Assembly: GCF_022539665.2 (NCBI RefSeq)
Contig: NC_081332.1
Coordinates: forward strand, 1,178,001-1,242,000
Length of the DNA: 64,000 nt
Origin: Daphnia carinata
Taxonomy: Eukaryota
Direction: 5' to 3'
Program-made: the position numbers and the translations under genes
Part shown: in pieces, positions 17,801-31,028 of the stretch
Layout: each line of letters begins with the position of its first letter
Position numbering within the stretch: the first letter of the stretch is position 1
Notes under the pieces: model-generated
Databases searched by the model: none
Told to the model about the DNA's origin: nothing
Seen by the model: only the letters and a program-made list of their open reading frames with translations

Positions 17801-20800
17801 AAAATAGACGCTAGAGGGCAAATCATCGTTAATGAGGCGTTAATCAAGCCCAAGGCCCTGAGATATCGATAGAAAGTGTCGCCTATTGTTGTACGCGGTC
17901 ACGACAATGTTTCTATTGTTGCGAGATGTTGATCGAAGTTGACAAACGTTGTCGAGGACGTCGGCCTCTTTTCATTCATCATTCTTTTGGGGGGGGGAGT
18001 AAGAAATGGACTGCTGAGATATAACGCCATGTGTTTTTGTGTTGAACAGCAGATGGCCGGCAACAGGTACGCAAGGCTATTAGCCCCGCGTTCAACAGCC
18101 GCTGTTTCATTTCATCGTACCTTTTTAAAAAAAAAAAAATAGTTATCGATGTTTGATTTAGCCATTATGTTTTCTAATGAATTGCATCAAAATATGAGCC
18201 AAAAAAAAAAAAAAGCAAACAATGACGTCGGTTTAAAATGTGTGTTGGCCAGCCGTTATCCGGTCATTTTCCCCCTCTTTTGTTTCTTTTCCAACAGCAG
18301 GTCAGCCTGACCGTATTATTACAGCGCATAATTTAAAAAAAAAAAAACGAATTTCAAACGTTGGCTGAGGAATTTGAATCAATTGTTAAACCGCACAAAA
18401 CAAGATTCAAGTCCTTTGTCGGAACACGTAACAAACGAGCATTCAGTTTTATTCAATCGATTCAACCGGAAGTTGTCCTCTTCAATTTTTCTCTTCTTTT
18501 TTCTTCCAAAAAAAAAATAGAATGTGTTGACGTCGACGTCGGAGCAGCTGCACAACGTGACCGGGGGTCGGTTGCAATGGGACAGGATCAGCGTGTTGGT
18601 CTCTAAATCGCTGGCGCAAGATTGTTTTCGATTGACGAGACATCAGCAGCGATTGCAAGTCATCAAGAACAAGAGGATGAACGCGCAATTGGCCGCCTCG
18701 CAGACGGCCGACATCGTCATTCACGACGGATCGCATCCGCTCATCGCCGATCTACCACACGCCAAACAGTACGGCGGATGCAATCAGCAAGGATTGGGAG
18801 TTCATCTGAGTCGTTCGTTTATCCGCTCCTATCATCCCCTTCATTCCTTCATTTCCGGTTAGATTTAATTTCTTTTTAAACTTTAATTTCAATTTAAATA
18901 AATGAATTTCAAAAAAAAAAAGGTCGGCAAGTGTTGAGAGAATGGGTGAAACATCGGTACGGCGTGTTTGATGAAACGGGGTTCGATGCCGACCTTCAGT
19001 ATCCATTACACACGTCGGAATACGGTTCTCATCCGCCCAACTCTACTGAGCTGCAACAAGAGAATTCCTGCACGACATTTGCCAACAATACCAGGTAAAA
19101 GAACCTTTTCTTTTTTTTTTTATTTGATGTTATTGTACAACTGGAGATTTATGTCCCTATGTCAGCGTGGCCTTTGCTCCTATCGGTTTGCCTTCATTTG
19201 CTAGTACCCCCTGAAGGTGTAGACCTACACCCCCGATAAAAAGAAAAGCCTCTTCTTTCTTTTTTTTCTCACGAGTTAAACAACCCTTAGGGAATTTTGT
19301 TTGAAGTAACCGCCGTAGCACGGACGCCAGGTGGTCACCCGTCGACGACGTTTTTAAAGAAAAAAAAAAAAATATTTCAGTTTGAAAATGGGCGAACTCC
19401 TACAGTTGCGGGTCAACTTGAAAGTTCACATTTTCCCGATCGTAATGGACGCGGTTCCCATCGAATTATTTTTAAAGGGATCGTCACGTATTTAAAAGAG
19501 AGAAAAAAAAAAGGAATGTTTACATCCAAGTGTCTCGCCGTCTAGTCTTCCTTTAAGGAGGAGGGGGTGACAGTTGACATTGGTCCAAACGAATTGTTTA
19601 GTTCCAGCCTTTTCTTTTACCTGGAACATTCGATTGCCATCCGTGACGATGTTTTTTTTTTTTTTTCTTTCCTTAGTGACGCTGGCCAAGATGATCGGCG
19701 GAACGGACATTTCGACACGGCATGGAATTCGACGTCGCAAGAGGTGAAAGCGACGCCACCTCAGACTTCAATCATGGCATCGTTGGACGTAAGTCTAAAA
19801 CTTTCACCGTTTTCTTTTGACGCGGGTCATTTCCACACGATCGACACACATCGAACAAAATGGCCGTCGTGACTTTGGCTTTCTAATTTGCCTATGTTTC
19901 AATAGCTTCATTTTTTAAAAACAAATCATGTCTTTTACCCAAAAATGGTTTACCTCCAGTGAAAGTTGGGACGCATCTGTCAGACTGGAACATTTCAGTT
20001 TGACTCGGTTGGGGGTTGAAGGTGTCGCGCCCCTCTCCGCAGGACGTAAAAAACATTATTTTTTTGAAAAATAGGCGGAAGATTGGTGCGATGGATCGAG
20101 CCACATCCGCTGGATGCCGACCAAACAGAACGTGCTCTGTCAGGAGCAGAGCATCTGGCAAGTCATGGAGACCCACCCGGATTTTAAACGTCCATCGCCA
20201 TCGACCACCACTGAATTTGTCCCGATGACGGATGATCCAGCCGAACCATCCGACGATGGATGGATGGCCTTTTTCCCGCCTGAATTTGAATATATTCTAC
20301 CATCCAACGGACATCGTTACATCCTCGTTCTCGATCGAACTCCATCCGTAAATTTCTTTTTCTTTTTTTTTTCATTTTCAAACAAAAATTTCAAAAACAA
20401 ATTTCTAAAAACACAAGAGCCGAAGATGGAGTTTAATCCGGCGGGCGCTCTACCGTTGGATTCACGCTCTGCCATCCACGGAAGACCGTGAAACTCATTT
20501 GAGCGTGATCGTCTCATCGGCCAGCGATCATCTGGTCGTCCTTGGATGGACCAAAGTGACGGCCGAGAATCGCGACGGTCTCGTCGGTCGCATCCCCCGT
20601 CGCCCTCTCGGCTCGTCCCCGCCAATGTCCTCCGAGCATCTCGTGTCTGCCATCCGACTCGCTCATCAGGTAAAACACAACGCCCTTCTTTCCAAGACAC
20701 TTATCCAATATGGCTCCTCTCTTTTCTTTTTTCTTTTTTTTCACGTCCCATTAAAAATTATTATTTTAGCCACTTGTCTCCCCTTGGCATGCCACAGGCG

Positions 20801-22975
20801 TTTTCTCTATTCTACCTGGATAGGTTCTTTAAAAAGGGATGGGTGCATTATGTGGAAATTCTTTGCTCATCATTTTGTGTTGTGTTGCAGCATCAGCAGC
20901 AACAACAACCGCCTCCACATCATCATCATCATCTTCTTCTTTTGTTTTTTTTGTTTCCCCTCGTTTTTTGATGGATCGACTTGATGTTGCCAGTCTGTCT
21001 GATGACCTGAACTCGGCACAACATCTTCTCATCTTCCGATAAGCCACACGTTTTTCTCGCTAGAGAGGGGGATGAAAGAATTTATGAATAAATCAACGAG
21101 AGAAGCTGTGTAAGAAGAAGAAGAAGAAGAAGGGCCTTTTTTTTTTTTAAAAAAAGGAAAACTAGTTTTACTTTGTTGTGTGCCGTAGAGTTCGTGAGTT
21201 TTGTTTGTTGTATGGCCCTTTTTGTCTTGGTTCTATAGTGAAAGTATCGAACTGTTCACGAAGACGACCTCCGTGTCGTGAGAGATGCGAAGGCCCTCCC
21301 GACCTTTTGACATTCAAAATACTTCGATAACCAACAAACTTTTTATTTCGTTTTGTTGTGTGCAGACTTTCACTCAAACATGTTTGGCTTTTTTTTTTTT
21401 TTTTTTGTTTAGATGTTGAACGATGAAAAGGAAGCGACGTGCTGCGGAGGACAATTGATTGTATTGGCTGGAACGTCGATCGAAATGCAATTGGACGAGC
21501 AGCACGACGTCACCGTGCACGCCATCGCTTTCCCGAGCAGACGGACGACGCTCATCGATTTGGGCGTCGTCAACGGACTTCAATTGGCCGTCGACGACGA
21601 TGACGAAGAGACGTCGCTGACGCAATCGCGATTGGCTGCCGCCTTCCTCCAAATCTTGCGCTACGACCAACTCGATACACCTACCCAGGTAAAGAAACAA
21701 ACGACTACCGTTTTTCACAGCTGACCTTTTTCCCCTCTTTGCCTACGGCTAAATGGCTGCCTCTCTTTTGAAATGAAAGATAATGCCCGCACTTTACCGT
21801 GTTCCAAAGTCTTTTTGTTTTTATGAAATTGACAGCGGTATCGTAAAAAGCTCCTGGAACTCTGATTTCCGAACCATTTGGCCTCGAGTGTCCTTTGGAA
21901 TGCAAAAGTCAATCACACGTGAATCAAGGACCCGTAGAGTGTAAAATCATTAAAAATTATTTTCTTTAATAAAGTCACCACTAGATTCTCATGGAACTTT
22001 TTTTTTTTTTTTTTTTTATATTTGAAGAAAGAGACGGGAAAAGGGAGGGAAACTAGCTACGGGGGTTTCAAAAGACTTAGTTCCCATCATTAAAGATTTG
22101 GTGGGGGGAGGGAGTTTGGCTCTCCCGCAGTTCATTCCCACGCCTGTCCCGCGGTTTACATCCCCCCCCCCCCCCTCCATATTTTTCTGGTTTCAATATA
22201 CGACGGAATAAAAAAAAAAGACCTTCCCAGGGACATGACGAATGTCGAAATGTGAAACACATGTGATTTTTTCCAAGGTGAATTTTAATTTCTTATTTTC
22301 ATACTCAGGTTCTAGAAGAAACGGTGACGTCCACCAATCAAATGCAATCTGGAACTTTCACGCTGGACGCTCCACTCGGCGCCAATGTCCGCGTGGTGGC
22401 GCATTGCGCAGACGAAGCTGATCTCGACACGGTCGAAGTCGTCAGTCCGAACGGACGCGTCTACGATCTTCCGCTCGTCTCTGACGGAATGTTGCACATC
22501 CGCATTCCGCACACGGATGAGGTAAGCCCGCATCGTGTTTTGAATGAATAATCGATCAGCAGCATATAGGGGATGAATGACCTTAATTAGATCGATAAAT
22601 CTAAATGTTGAAGTGGGCACGGCGTTCTGTAATCGCTTACCTGTAGAGTAGGTCATCAAATTCACTGGCCAAAAAAACATTTGAACACAAAAAAAAAAAA
22701 AAAAAAAAAAAAATGCAATTAGCCGATCCCAAATTTGGAATGCACACACACAACAACAGAGACTGAATAATAAAACATAAAAGACAGTTTCACGGCAATC
22801 GAATGATGATGAAGTTCTCCTTTTAAGAGGCAACCCTCCTATTAGTCATGCGCATTTTTCACCATTTGGACTCGCCAGGTAAATGATCATCAATCGGCTG
22901 CTGGCCCAAAACGGAGGGTCTACTCTTCTTTTGTAATACAAACGCGCTAATCATCCGTCATTCGATGCCTCTTTT

Positions 22976-23008
<33 letters not shown>

Positions 23009-25359
23009 GATACACCGCATGTGAATTGCAGCCCAACCCCAAACTGTGATTTTAATTGCCTTTCATTCAATTCTTTGATTCAAGTTTGGAGAGTGGAATT
23101 ACCGACTCAGATTCGCACAGCCTGTCGCGTCTTCGTCGAGACAACAGGTGGCGACGACGGTGGAAGTGACTGCCCAGCCGGCCATGACCACGACGCAAAT
23201 CTACGACCAGGCCATCACAGTCCAGGCCTGGACGAACGTCGGACGCGTACCCGTCAATGCCTCGCAAACGCCCATTTTGATTTACGCGGAAGTTAGGCGC
23301 GGACGTAGTCCCATCGTGGACGCTAAAGTCACTGCTCTCGTCTATCCGCCGGAAGGATCCGACAATTCCACTGTCCAGGGTCCTTTTCTTGTCCAGCTGT
23401 ACGACAAAGGCACCGGAGGTAAATCATTTCATTTCACTTGTAGATGTAAAAACAGCCCACGCCATCTAGCGTCAGAAAAAATAAATGTTTATTTAAAACA
23501 TAATAATTTTAGATCCGGATATTACGCGGGCGGATGGAATTTATTCCGCTTATTTCACCAACGCCATCAATCAACCTGGACATTATGCCGTCACCATTCA
23601 AGTGACGGATAACAATAGAAAGGCATCCATTCCCGTCAGGAAACTCAATCCGCCCGCAGCGGCTGCATCCACCGACGCTTGTTGTGGCAGTTCCATGCCT
23701 TACGAACAAACCGTTTTAGTTCAACCCTTCCGGCGGATCATCAGTGGTCCCAGTTTCGTCACTGTGGACGGACCCAGCGAAGACGAAGATGTTTATCCAC
23801 CCGGAAGGATTTCAGATTTGCGTGTCGAGCGCATCGTCAACGCGACCAACGAAGTCGAACTCGGCTGGACAGCGCCCGGCACGGATTACGATTCCGGATC
23901 GGCTGCATTTTATCAGATTCGTTGCTACACGGATCGTTCGGCTTTGAACGATTCCGGTTCGGCTATTTTAGTTCACGCTTCACTCACTCCGCAACCGCTT
24001 CCGGCCGGAACGTGGCAAAAGGCCATGGTGGCTGTCCCTTGGCCCAATCAGATTTTCTATTACGCCATCGTAGCCGTGGATTTCGCCGGATTGCGGGGCA
24101 AGGTCTCCAACATCGTTCCGGTGTACATCGAGGAACCTCCTCCGCCACCCACGACGACGACAATCAATCCGGTACCTCTCCTTCCGGCTGGTGAACTGGA
24201 CGGCAATAACGTCACACGACCGGAAGCCGCTTCTCAGGCCTTGTCGGAACAGCAGATGTACGCCATTGCGGGTGGAGTGGCTGGATTCATTCTACTCTTA
24301 GTTATCCTATCGATCGCTGCTTGCCTATCCAGGCGGAAGCGGAGCGACGATCGACAAGAGAAGCCGAACAAATCGTCATCTTCTACTTTGAAAATCCAAG
24401 TGGAACCGTTGAAGATTAGCCCGTCTCATCACCATCCGGCGGAAGCGAATGCTCAACATCAGAAGGAGCAGGAAGCCACGGCTGCTGCCACGACGAAGTC
24501 CAGCAACGAATCACGGCCCGTCTACAAGATTTACGTCAACAACGCTTACATCCAGGAAGAAGACGGCGAATTAAAAATCGTCACTCCGGACGGACGCATC
24601 ATCCAGCGGGGCTCGCCTTGGTTCTCCTCGGCCAACACGTTGCCTCGCGGACGCAGTTTGACGAATTTAGAAGGGCTGGAAGCCGGAACGAGTGCGACGG
24701 ATTTGAATCACTGGTCCCTTCCGCGGGCCAAAACGTCTCCGCACCGGCACAAGGTGCTCACCAACGGAAGCATCATGCCCAACAGCGGAAGTCAGAGTGT
24801 CATCAACATCAACAATCCGTCCTCTTCTTCCGGAGCGGGAGGTGGGGCCATCGCTGATGGGACGTCCATTTCATCCAAACCGTCCGTCTCTTCAGACGAT
24901 ACGGGCATTGAAGTCTCTGATCATCAGACGGATTCTAGAGATAGTGCTGAAATGATTCTGCCTCCGCCGGGATTCGGACCCATTCAAAATCATAACGGAT
25001 ACATGCCCATGTACGCCAATCACAATATGCTTCCGCCTTTGCCTCCCTCTCCGGGCATGTCTTCTCAGCATCAACAGGATTCCCGTTTGATGCGGATGCC
25101 GAGCTTCCTGGACAACAATAATCCAGCGGATCATCACGATGTCAGCGGCGGATCGTTGGCTTGGCTGGGTGATTTCCCCGACTCGAATTTCTGCAGCCAA
25201 CCGTCGAGTAGGCGGCCTTTGATGATTGGATCGTCTTACGGAACAGGAAGCGAAGATCGGACGCCTCAAATCAGTCCGCCTCCGCCATCAACTCCGACGT
25301 CTCAATCTTCTGTTGTTCATCAGCCCAGGAGGAAAACTAGGCACATTTCGTTCGTATAA
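14820..25359 (+). CDS. Calcium-activated chloride channel regulator (CLCA)-like membrane protein, multi-exon
   Basis: Exon 14820-14993 encodes a signal peptide. CLCA N-domain in 18521-18857 (QYGGCNQQGLGVHL) and from 18923 (EW..RYGVFDE). PTKQNVLC..SIWQV..HPDF, vWA LVLDRTPS, LYDKGTGDPDITRADGIYSAYFT, FN3-like YPPGRISDL / LGWTAPGTDYDSG, a TM helix near 24255-24330, and a long cytoplasmic tail. Confidence 0.88.
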
Positions 25360-26319
25360 AAGTATTTTTGTTTTTAAATAATTTGACATATTTTTTTTTT
25401 TTTCAAAATTGTGGAGTAAGCGATAAATGTACATATGATGCATCAATTGTGATATACGTATATAATTATGTGAGACTTTTGAAAATATAAAAATTTGTCT
25501 ACCTTTGAAATCAAAGATGTTACGCCTCGCTCTATTTTCAACCCGTCACGGAGAACATGGGACATCCGCTCAACTGCTTTTTATTGACTTTGGCTGTAAA
25601 GATTTTATCATCGTCACAGGTGTTTTTTTTTGTGTTTCAAACAACGAACGTTAACGGTATTCCCAACGATGTAATTTCAGTTGTAGAAATAAAACATTGT
25701 TTGGAAAGAGACATTTCGAACGTCTGTTGTAATGCAATTTTGAATTAGACATGGCGAAGGATACTTTTGAATTGACTTTATACGAAGCAGAAAAATGTGA
25801 ACGTGGTGGCCACGCTGATGAAATGTCCAGTTGCTTCTTTTTAAAATGAGAAAATTCAGGTCCTTAATACTGCAACTTTGGAATTCGAGGATCTGCAAAG
25901 AAGAAAAATACATTTTGTACAACAAACATGAATTGCTTGATCCCATCATGGACCCCACTTACTATACGTTCTCCGTTCCATTCCACTATTGAAATAGGGC
26001 TCCTTATGTAAGATAACCTGGGGCCAGGTGAGCAAACAACACCTTTTAGCTTCAGGAAATAGGTGTCATGGGAGTCATTCAAACGTTTAGTTGCCTCTGT
26101 AAACAAGAATACGTCATTCAGACGTCTACTATTTTACAAATCTGGAAATGCGTTACGTTTTTATCTGTGAAGTTGCAACAAAGTTTAGACTTAAAAAAAG
26201 GTGGCCATTGTGTGGCAACATTCTGCATTCGTTTTTGCTAAAACAAAATCAACAAAAAAAAATGTAAGTTTCGTTAAAATAAAGACATTAAACTATTATT
26301 ATGTTACTGTATTCACAGG

Positions 26320-26700
26320 ATGGATTTCTGTTTTCGGCTCAGTTTCGTACTATCGGCATTGTTGACAAGAACCTCGTCTGCTCGCGTTTGGTACGAGTCC
26401 AATGACGTTCGCTGGTCGTCACGTTGTGCTTTCCGCGGCCAAGAAATACTGACATTAGATGTCCCCAACTGGGATTGTGGGAGACAATGTGTTAACCATG
26501 ATGCGTGCACTCACTTTACCAACACTTTGTATACCTGCATTTTGAAGAGAAATGTCAAAGGTTCTCGAGAAATCAATTCGCCTTCATCTGATTGTGGATT
26601 TATTGTCGGCCGTAGCCAGCAGTCTATAGAACCAACGGAGGATTCTCTGGATGACGATTCGCTGATCGGGCCAGTTACCCCTGGAAACTGGGTTCCCTAA
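26320..26700 (+). CDS. Small secreted PAN/apple-domain protein (paralog 1)
   Basis: Signal peptide plus C-x-F-x-G...CGRQC...CTHFT...CILK...CGF six-Cys PAN-type pattern; single coding exon. Confidence 0.75.
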   Translation: MDFCFRLSFVLSALLTRTSSARVWYESNDVRWSSRCAFRGQEILTLDVPNWDCGRQCVNHDACTHFTNTLYTCILKRNVKGSREINSPSSDCGFIVGRSQQSIEPTEDSLDDDSLIGPVTPGNWVP

Positions 26701-27103
26701 GTATTCAACAGCACTACTATTCCAAAGAGGTACTCTTCTAGCCGACCTGTTTTGAGAGCAAGGAAAACTGCACTAATATTTTTTAAGTGGCATTTGACAG
26801 CACGAAATGGGTACTTCTCTTTACTATTGAATACACTTTGAAAATGGTTCACTTACCCATTTAGAAATTACTCGCTGAACTGGCAGTTTTATTCACAAAA
26901 CAAATCCAGCAGACACCAGTCAAAATTCAGTAGCCCTCGAAATCCGAGATTTTGTCAACCTACGATTTTTGTTATTGGAAGCTGGAGCTAGAGCAACAAA
27001 AACAATTCGTGAAAAATATAGTTTTTAACTAAAAATTTTAATTTTTGATTTTCAGATTTGTATCTTTCCAATTCCCAAGATGTTATTACCTTAAAAGGAC
27101 ATC

Positions 27104-27185
27104 GACGTGGTGGCCGAGTGGTTAAGGCGATAGACTGCTAATCTGTTGTGCTCTGCACGCATGAGTTCGAATCTCATCCTCGTCG
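27104..27185 (+). tRNA. tRNA-Ser(GCT)
   Basis: GACGTGGTGGCCGAGTGGTTAAGGCGATAGACTGCTAATCTGTTGTGCTCTGCACGCATGAGTTCGAATCTCATCCTCGTCG: A and B boxes, long variable arm, G73. One T:T mismatch in the acceptor stem. Confidence 0.88.
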
Positions 27186-27564
27186 TATGTATCTTTAGCT
27201 TTTTGATTTTCGAAAAACTCTATAACTCTTCAACGCAGTTGGATGGCTGCATTTATCTCACACCTCAAGCGAGGACCTTCGAATAAGAAAATAAATTTAA
27301 TAATTAGGTTCAGAGGTAATTCGAGAACAAGATGCGGAAAAAACTAGTCCCGCCGCAGGCATGGACCTTAGCATACCAAAAAAGGAATACTTCCCGCCGG
27401 AGTCACCTTCGACATCACGCCACCATCACGTGATACAAGGAAGCGCACATTTACATCGCCTATAAAAAGACCAGACTCGCAAGCGTCTCGGGAGAAATTT
27501 TTAAGCCAGACTCAAGTTTAGTCACATCGTGGTGAATTAAAAAAAAAGTTCATTTGAAAAGGTG

Positions 27565-30135
27565 TGTTTACTGAAGACCTCCACACATTACAACCAACCA
27601 GCTCCTGAATCAGCTTAGAATTCAACACAAATGTTAGTATTTACACAATAATATGATATTGAATTATTATTACCTTAATGTTGTGCAGGACAACGCTGTG
27701 TCTTCGATCTAGCTTGCTGCTCGTGGTATCGGCACTGTTGATAACAACCGCGTCCGCTCGCTCTTGGGAGAAATCCGGGGCAGTTCGTTGGTCATATAAT
27801 TGTGATTTCGTAGGCCACGACATTCAAACAGTAAACGTGCCTAACTATGAATGCGGAAGGCAATGTGTTAACAATGCGGCGTGCACGCACTTCACCAACA
27901 ACCAGCATGCCTGCTTTTTGAAGACCAGTAGCTATGCTGTGCTAGAAATCGATTCCCCTAACACAGACTGTGGTTTCATCCTTGGTCGTAGCCGGCAGCC
28001 TGAATGATGATGTGCTTTAATCACTTGTATTGTCAAATCTGGATTTTCATACCTTTCATTCTTTCATTCCTTGTAACAGTAGTTTCCACATCTGTAGGCT
28101 ACAGTTTTCTCAAGCTTCATCTTTTGGTGTCTCTTAATTATGGAAATCTGAAAATAAAAGAGAAAAGAAGAAATCAGAGAATATATTTGTTATAATTCAA
28201 TAGAATTGAAATAATTTCAAGAAATTTAGAAGTTTATATTACTTAGTATTCTGGCGCCAAAATCCTCTGAAGTCATCCATTATCCTGTAGCAACATCCAG
28301 TTCGGGACGAATAGAAAAAGCAGGCGCATTTCTAATCCGAAATTGGAATGGATGGCGCCAATATCCATAGCTTCAAAATGATACCTTTCGTGGTAGATGG
28401 TTCCCGGTCGATTGTAACATGCTAAAAGTTGAACAAATCGCAATTTCATCCGATACTGTAGTCACAGGAAGCAAACAACTTTCAACTTGGTGGCCGCTCA
28501 AAGCAAAACGAAGAGGTTACGCCAGAGGCATAGCGCCAAAGCTTTTGGCATTGCCACATGAAAATAATAAATTAAATATTAATAGTATTAACAATAAAAC
28601 CGTAATTTATAAAGAAACTTATTTTTAATACGATAGAAACAGAAAAGTTAGATGTAATGTTAATGAAAAGTGAAACTATTCATTAAAAATTGAACGTTTA
28701 CTACATACGTGGAAAGTGGCAATGTAGATCAAAGTTCCGCTGGCGCGATTTCACCCCGATTTCACAAAGGGTCAACCATTCCCGTTTTAGTCGTTCGCAA
28801 CGTAGGTTGTTGGAAATTTGTTTGCTGAGCGGGAATAAATGGCGGGTTTTCTGAAACAGTAGTCCCAATTATGGAGCAACATCAAAGGAAATGATTGAAA
28901 TGCACGTAAATAAGTAACAAATAAGTTATTATCATTATTTATATTATTGCTGGTTGACTCAAACATATTTCTGCCTTTGAAAGTATCATCGACGCCACTT
29001 GTGCTTCATTTTCGTCTACGGTAACATGTCACGTGACGCATTTAATTGGTTTACGGATGTGCTTTGTGGTAGATAATCCGAAGAAATGGTGATAAATTCA
29101 TGACGTTGGTTTTTTAATCAAGATGGTAACACTTTTTATATCTTGTAGTATTTTCACATCTCATTCCTGGTATATTGAAGCACAAAACTATGATTAGCCC
29201 AAGCAGAAACAATGGTGCTATCAGAAGATGAAATTTTAACGTTATTAGTGACAGAGCCATAGCATGAAGATTCTTGCCCAAGATCGAAAAAAATGAGGTA
29301 TCATTAAGCATATTACCTTCCAAGTACTGTAAAATGTGCTATTGTGTTGTATGATAACTGCTAAATGTTTTCCACTTTATTTGTTCTACCACCACGGTAG
29401 CTTATCATTTGGAATAAAAAATTTGGTCAGACAAGTTTGACCGAGAGTTAATACCTTCCTGAAATAGTCTCTATTCGAGCAGTGAGTAACATAGTATTAC
29501 CAATTGATTATGGGTAATGTTTGGCTTAAGTGTTTGATTCATTGTTCTCATTCATTTGTTTTTTTGTTTAGAGCATGATAATGAGACTGGTGAAAATATC
29601 TACAGGGGGACTTGGACTACCATCTGGTAGTAATAATGAATTACCTACAATGGACTTGTAGTTTGCCATGATAGTGGTTTCTTTATAATAATGTATGTCA
29701 TAACAATCTCTTAATCAAGTGGAATGTTTTAAATCCCATGTTTATTTCATTATGTTAGAGGATGTTGAAGAGACCAAAGAAAAGCATTCAGTAAGGGAAA
29801 GTAAACTATAACCCACTTCAAGTCTGCCTACCCCAACAGTGATGCATCTTCTGATGGGCTACAACATTTAGCAGCTGCCATCCAAAAACTTTGGTACAAG
29901 TTTTTCCTCATCAGGTTAGTTTATAATTTTATTCTCGCCATTTTCCATGTGTTGTTTTCTTTTGCAATCATTCATTTAGCACGCGTTTGTTTTCGTCGCA
30001 AGAGATATTCTACTTTTATTCATTGCCGAATGATTCCCCTAGAACTTCCTTTTTAAGGTCGAAAGTGCCAAAATGTAGAAGGTCGGCGGGTGGGAACCAT
30101 CGTATACCTCGCCAAACACAATCATGTATTTAGTA
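27565..30135. repeat. Tandem segmental duplication, copy A (PAN gene plus downstream decayed sequence)
   Basis: Colinear with 30548-33330 from GCTCCTGAATCAG to TACCTCGCCAAACACAATCATGTATT. Copy A lacks ~425 bp present in copy B (about 31321-31745). Confidence 0.9.
27678..28007 (+). CDS. Small secreted PAN/apple-domain protein (paralog 2)
   Basis: Signal peptide; CDFVGHDI...CGRQC...CTHFT...CFLK...CGF. Confidence 0.75.
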   Translation: MLCRTTLCLRSSLLLVVSALLITTASARSWEKSGAVRWSYNCDFVGHDIQTVNVPNYECGRQCVNNAACTHFTNNQHACFLKTSSYAVLEIDSPNTDCGFILGRSRQPE

Positions 30136-30632
30136 AGGACGAGGATGATACAAGATGGAGGAAAAAATTGCCTGACAATCAATACGTATTGCACATACGG
30201 TCTCTTATCGCATTCACTTGCTATGCATAACAATTTTGATTGTTTCCAATAAGATAGTTTAGGCTAAAGCGTTTCTTACCAACATCTATTTTTCTCGTGC
30301 ATTACTAATTGCCCTGTTGCTTACGGATGCTTAGATAAGAGTACATGGGATCTGGATGGCAAGAAATAATAGGATAACTCAAGGAATTTAGTATCTTCGC
30401 AAAAACACATTGTTTTGATCTATCCAAAGACGGTACCTGGTCGTTAAGAATTTGCACCTCTGGAAATAAGCACACGTTACGTGTATGGCTGCAGAAAAAA
30501 TTGGCCAGTATAAATAGTGGCGGTTGATCACAGCAGATCTGCACTCATGTTTGCTGAAACAGCCATCTATTGTACAAGCTCCTGAATCAGTTTGGAAGAC
30601 AACAAAAATGTTAGTATCTATTCATTAATGAG

Positions 30633-31028
30633 ATGTTGAATTATTGTATTATCTTAATGTGGTGTATGTGCAGGATAGCGTTGTGTCTTCGACCTAGCTT
30701 CCTGCTGATAGTATCGGCAGTGTTGATAACAACCGCGTCCGTACGCTTTTGGAACAAATCCGGGGCAGTTCGTTGGTCATACGGTTGTGATTTCAAAGGC
30801 CACGACATGATAACATTACGCGTGCCTAATTGGGATTGCGGAAGGCAATGTGTTAACAATGTGGCGTGCACGCATTTCACCAACACTCTGTATACCTGCA
30901 TTTTGAAGAGGAACGTCCACGGTTGGCGAGAAATCAACTCACCTAACACAGACTGTGGTTTTATCGTTGGTCGTAGCCGGCAATCTGAACATGTGATCAG
31001 GGATTTTCTGCTTAACGATGTGCTGTAA
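30633..31028 (+). CDS. Small secreted PAN/apple-domain protein (paralog 3); true start may be a downstream ATG
   Basis: Signal peptide; CDFKGHDM...CGRQC...CTHFT...CILK...CGF. Confidence 0.75.
   Translation: MLNYCIILMWCMCRIALCLRPSFLLIVSAVLITTASVRFWNKSGAVRWSYGCDFKGHDMITLRVPNWDCGRQCVNNVACTHFTNTLYTCILKRNVHGWREINSPNTDCGFIVGRSRQSEHVIRDFLLNDVL

Noticed and set aside
9000..18500. Numerous 60-165 aa ORFs
   Set aside because: Low-complexity Phe/Lys-rich translations of poly-T/poly-A intergenic and intronic DNA; only the 14820-14993 exon is supported.
23679..25269. Alternative-frame and antisense ORFs over the last CLCA exon
   Set aside because: Shadow ORFs of a GC-rich coding exon with no independent motifs.
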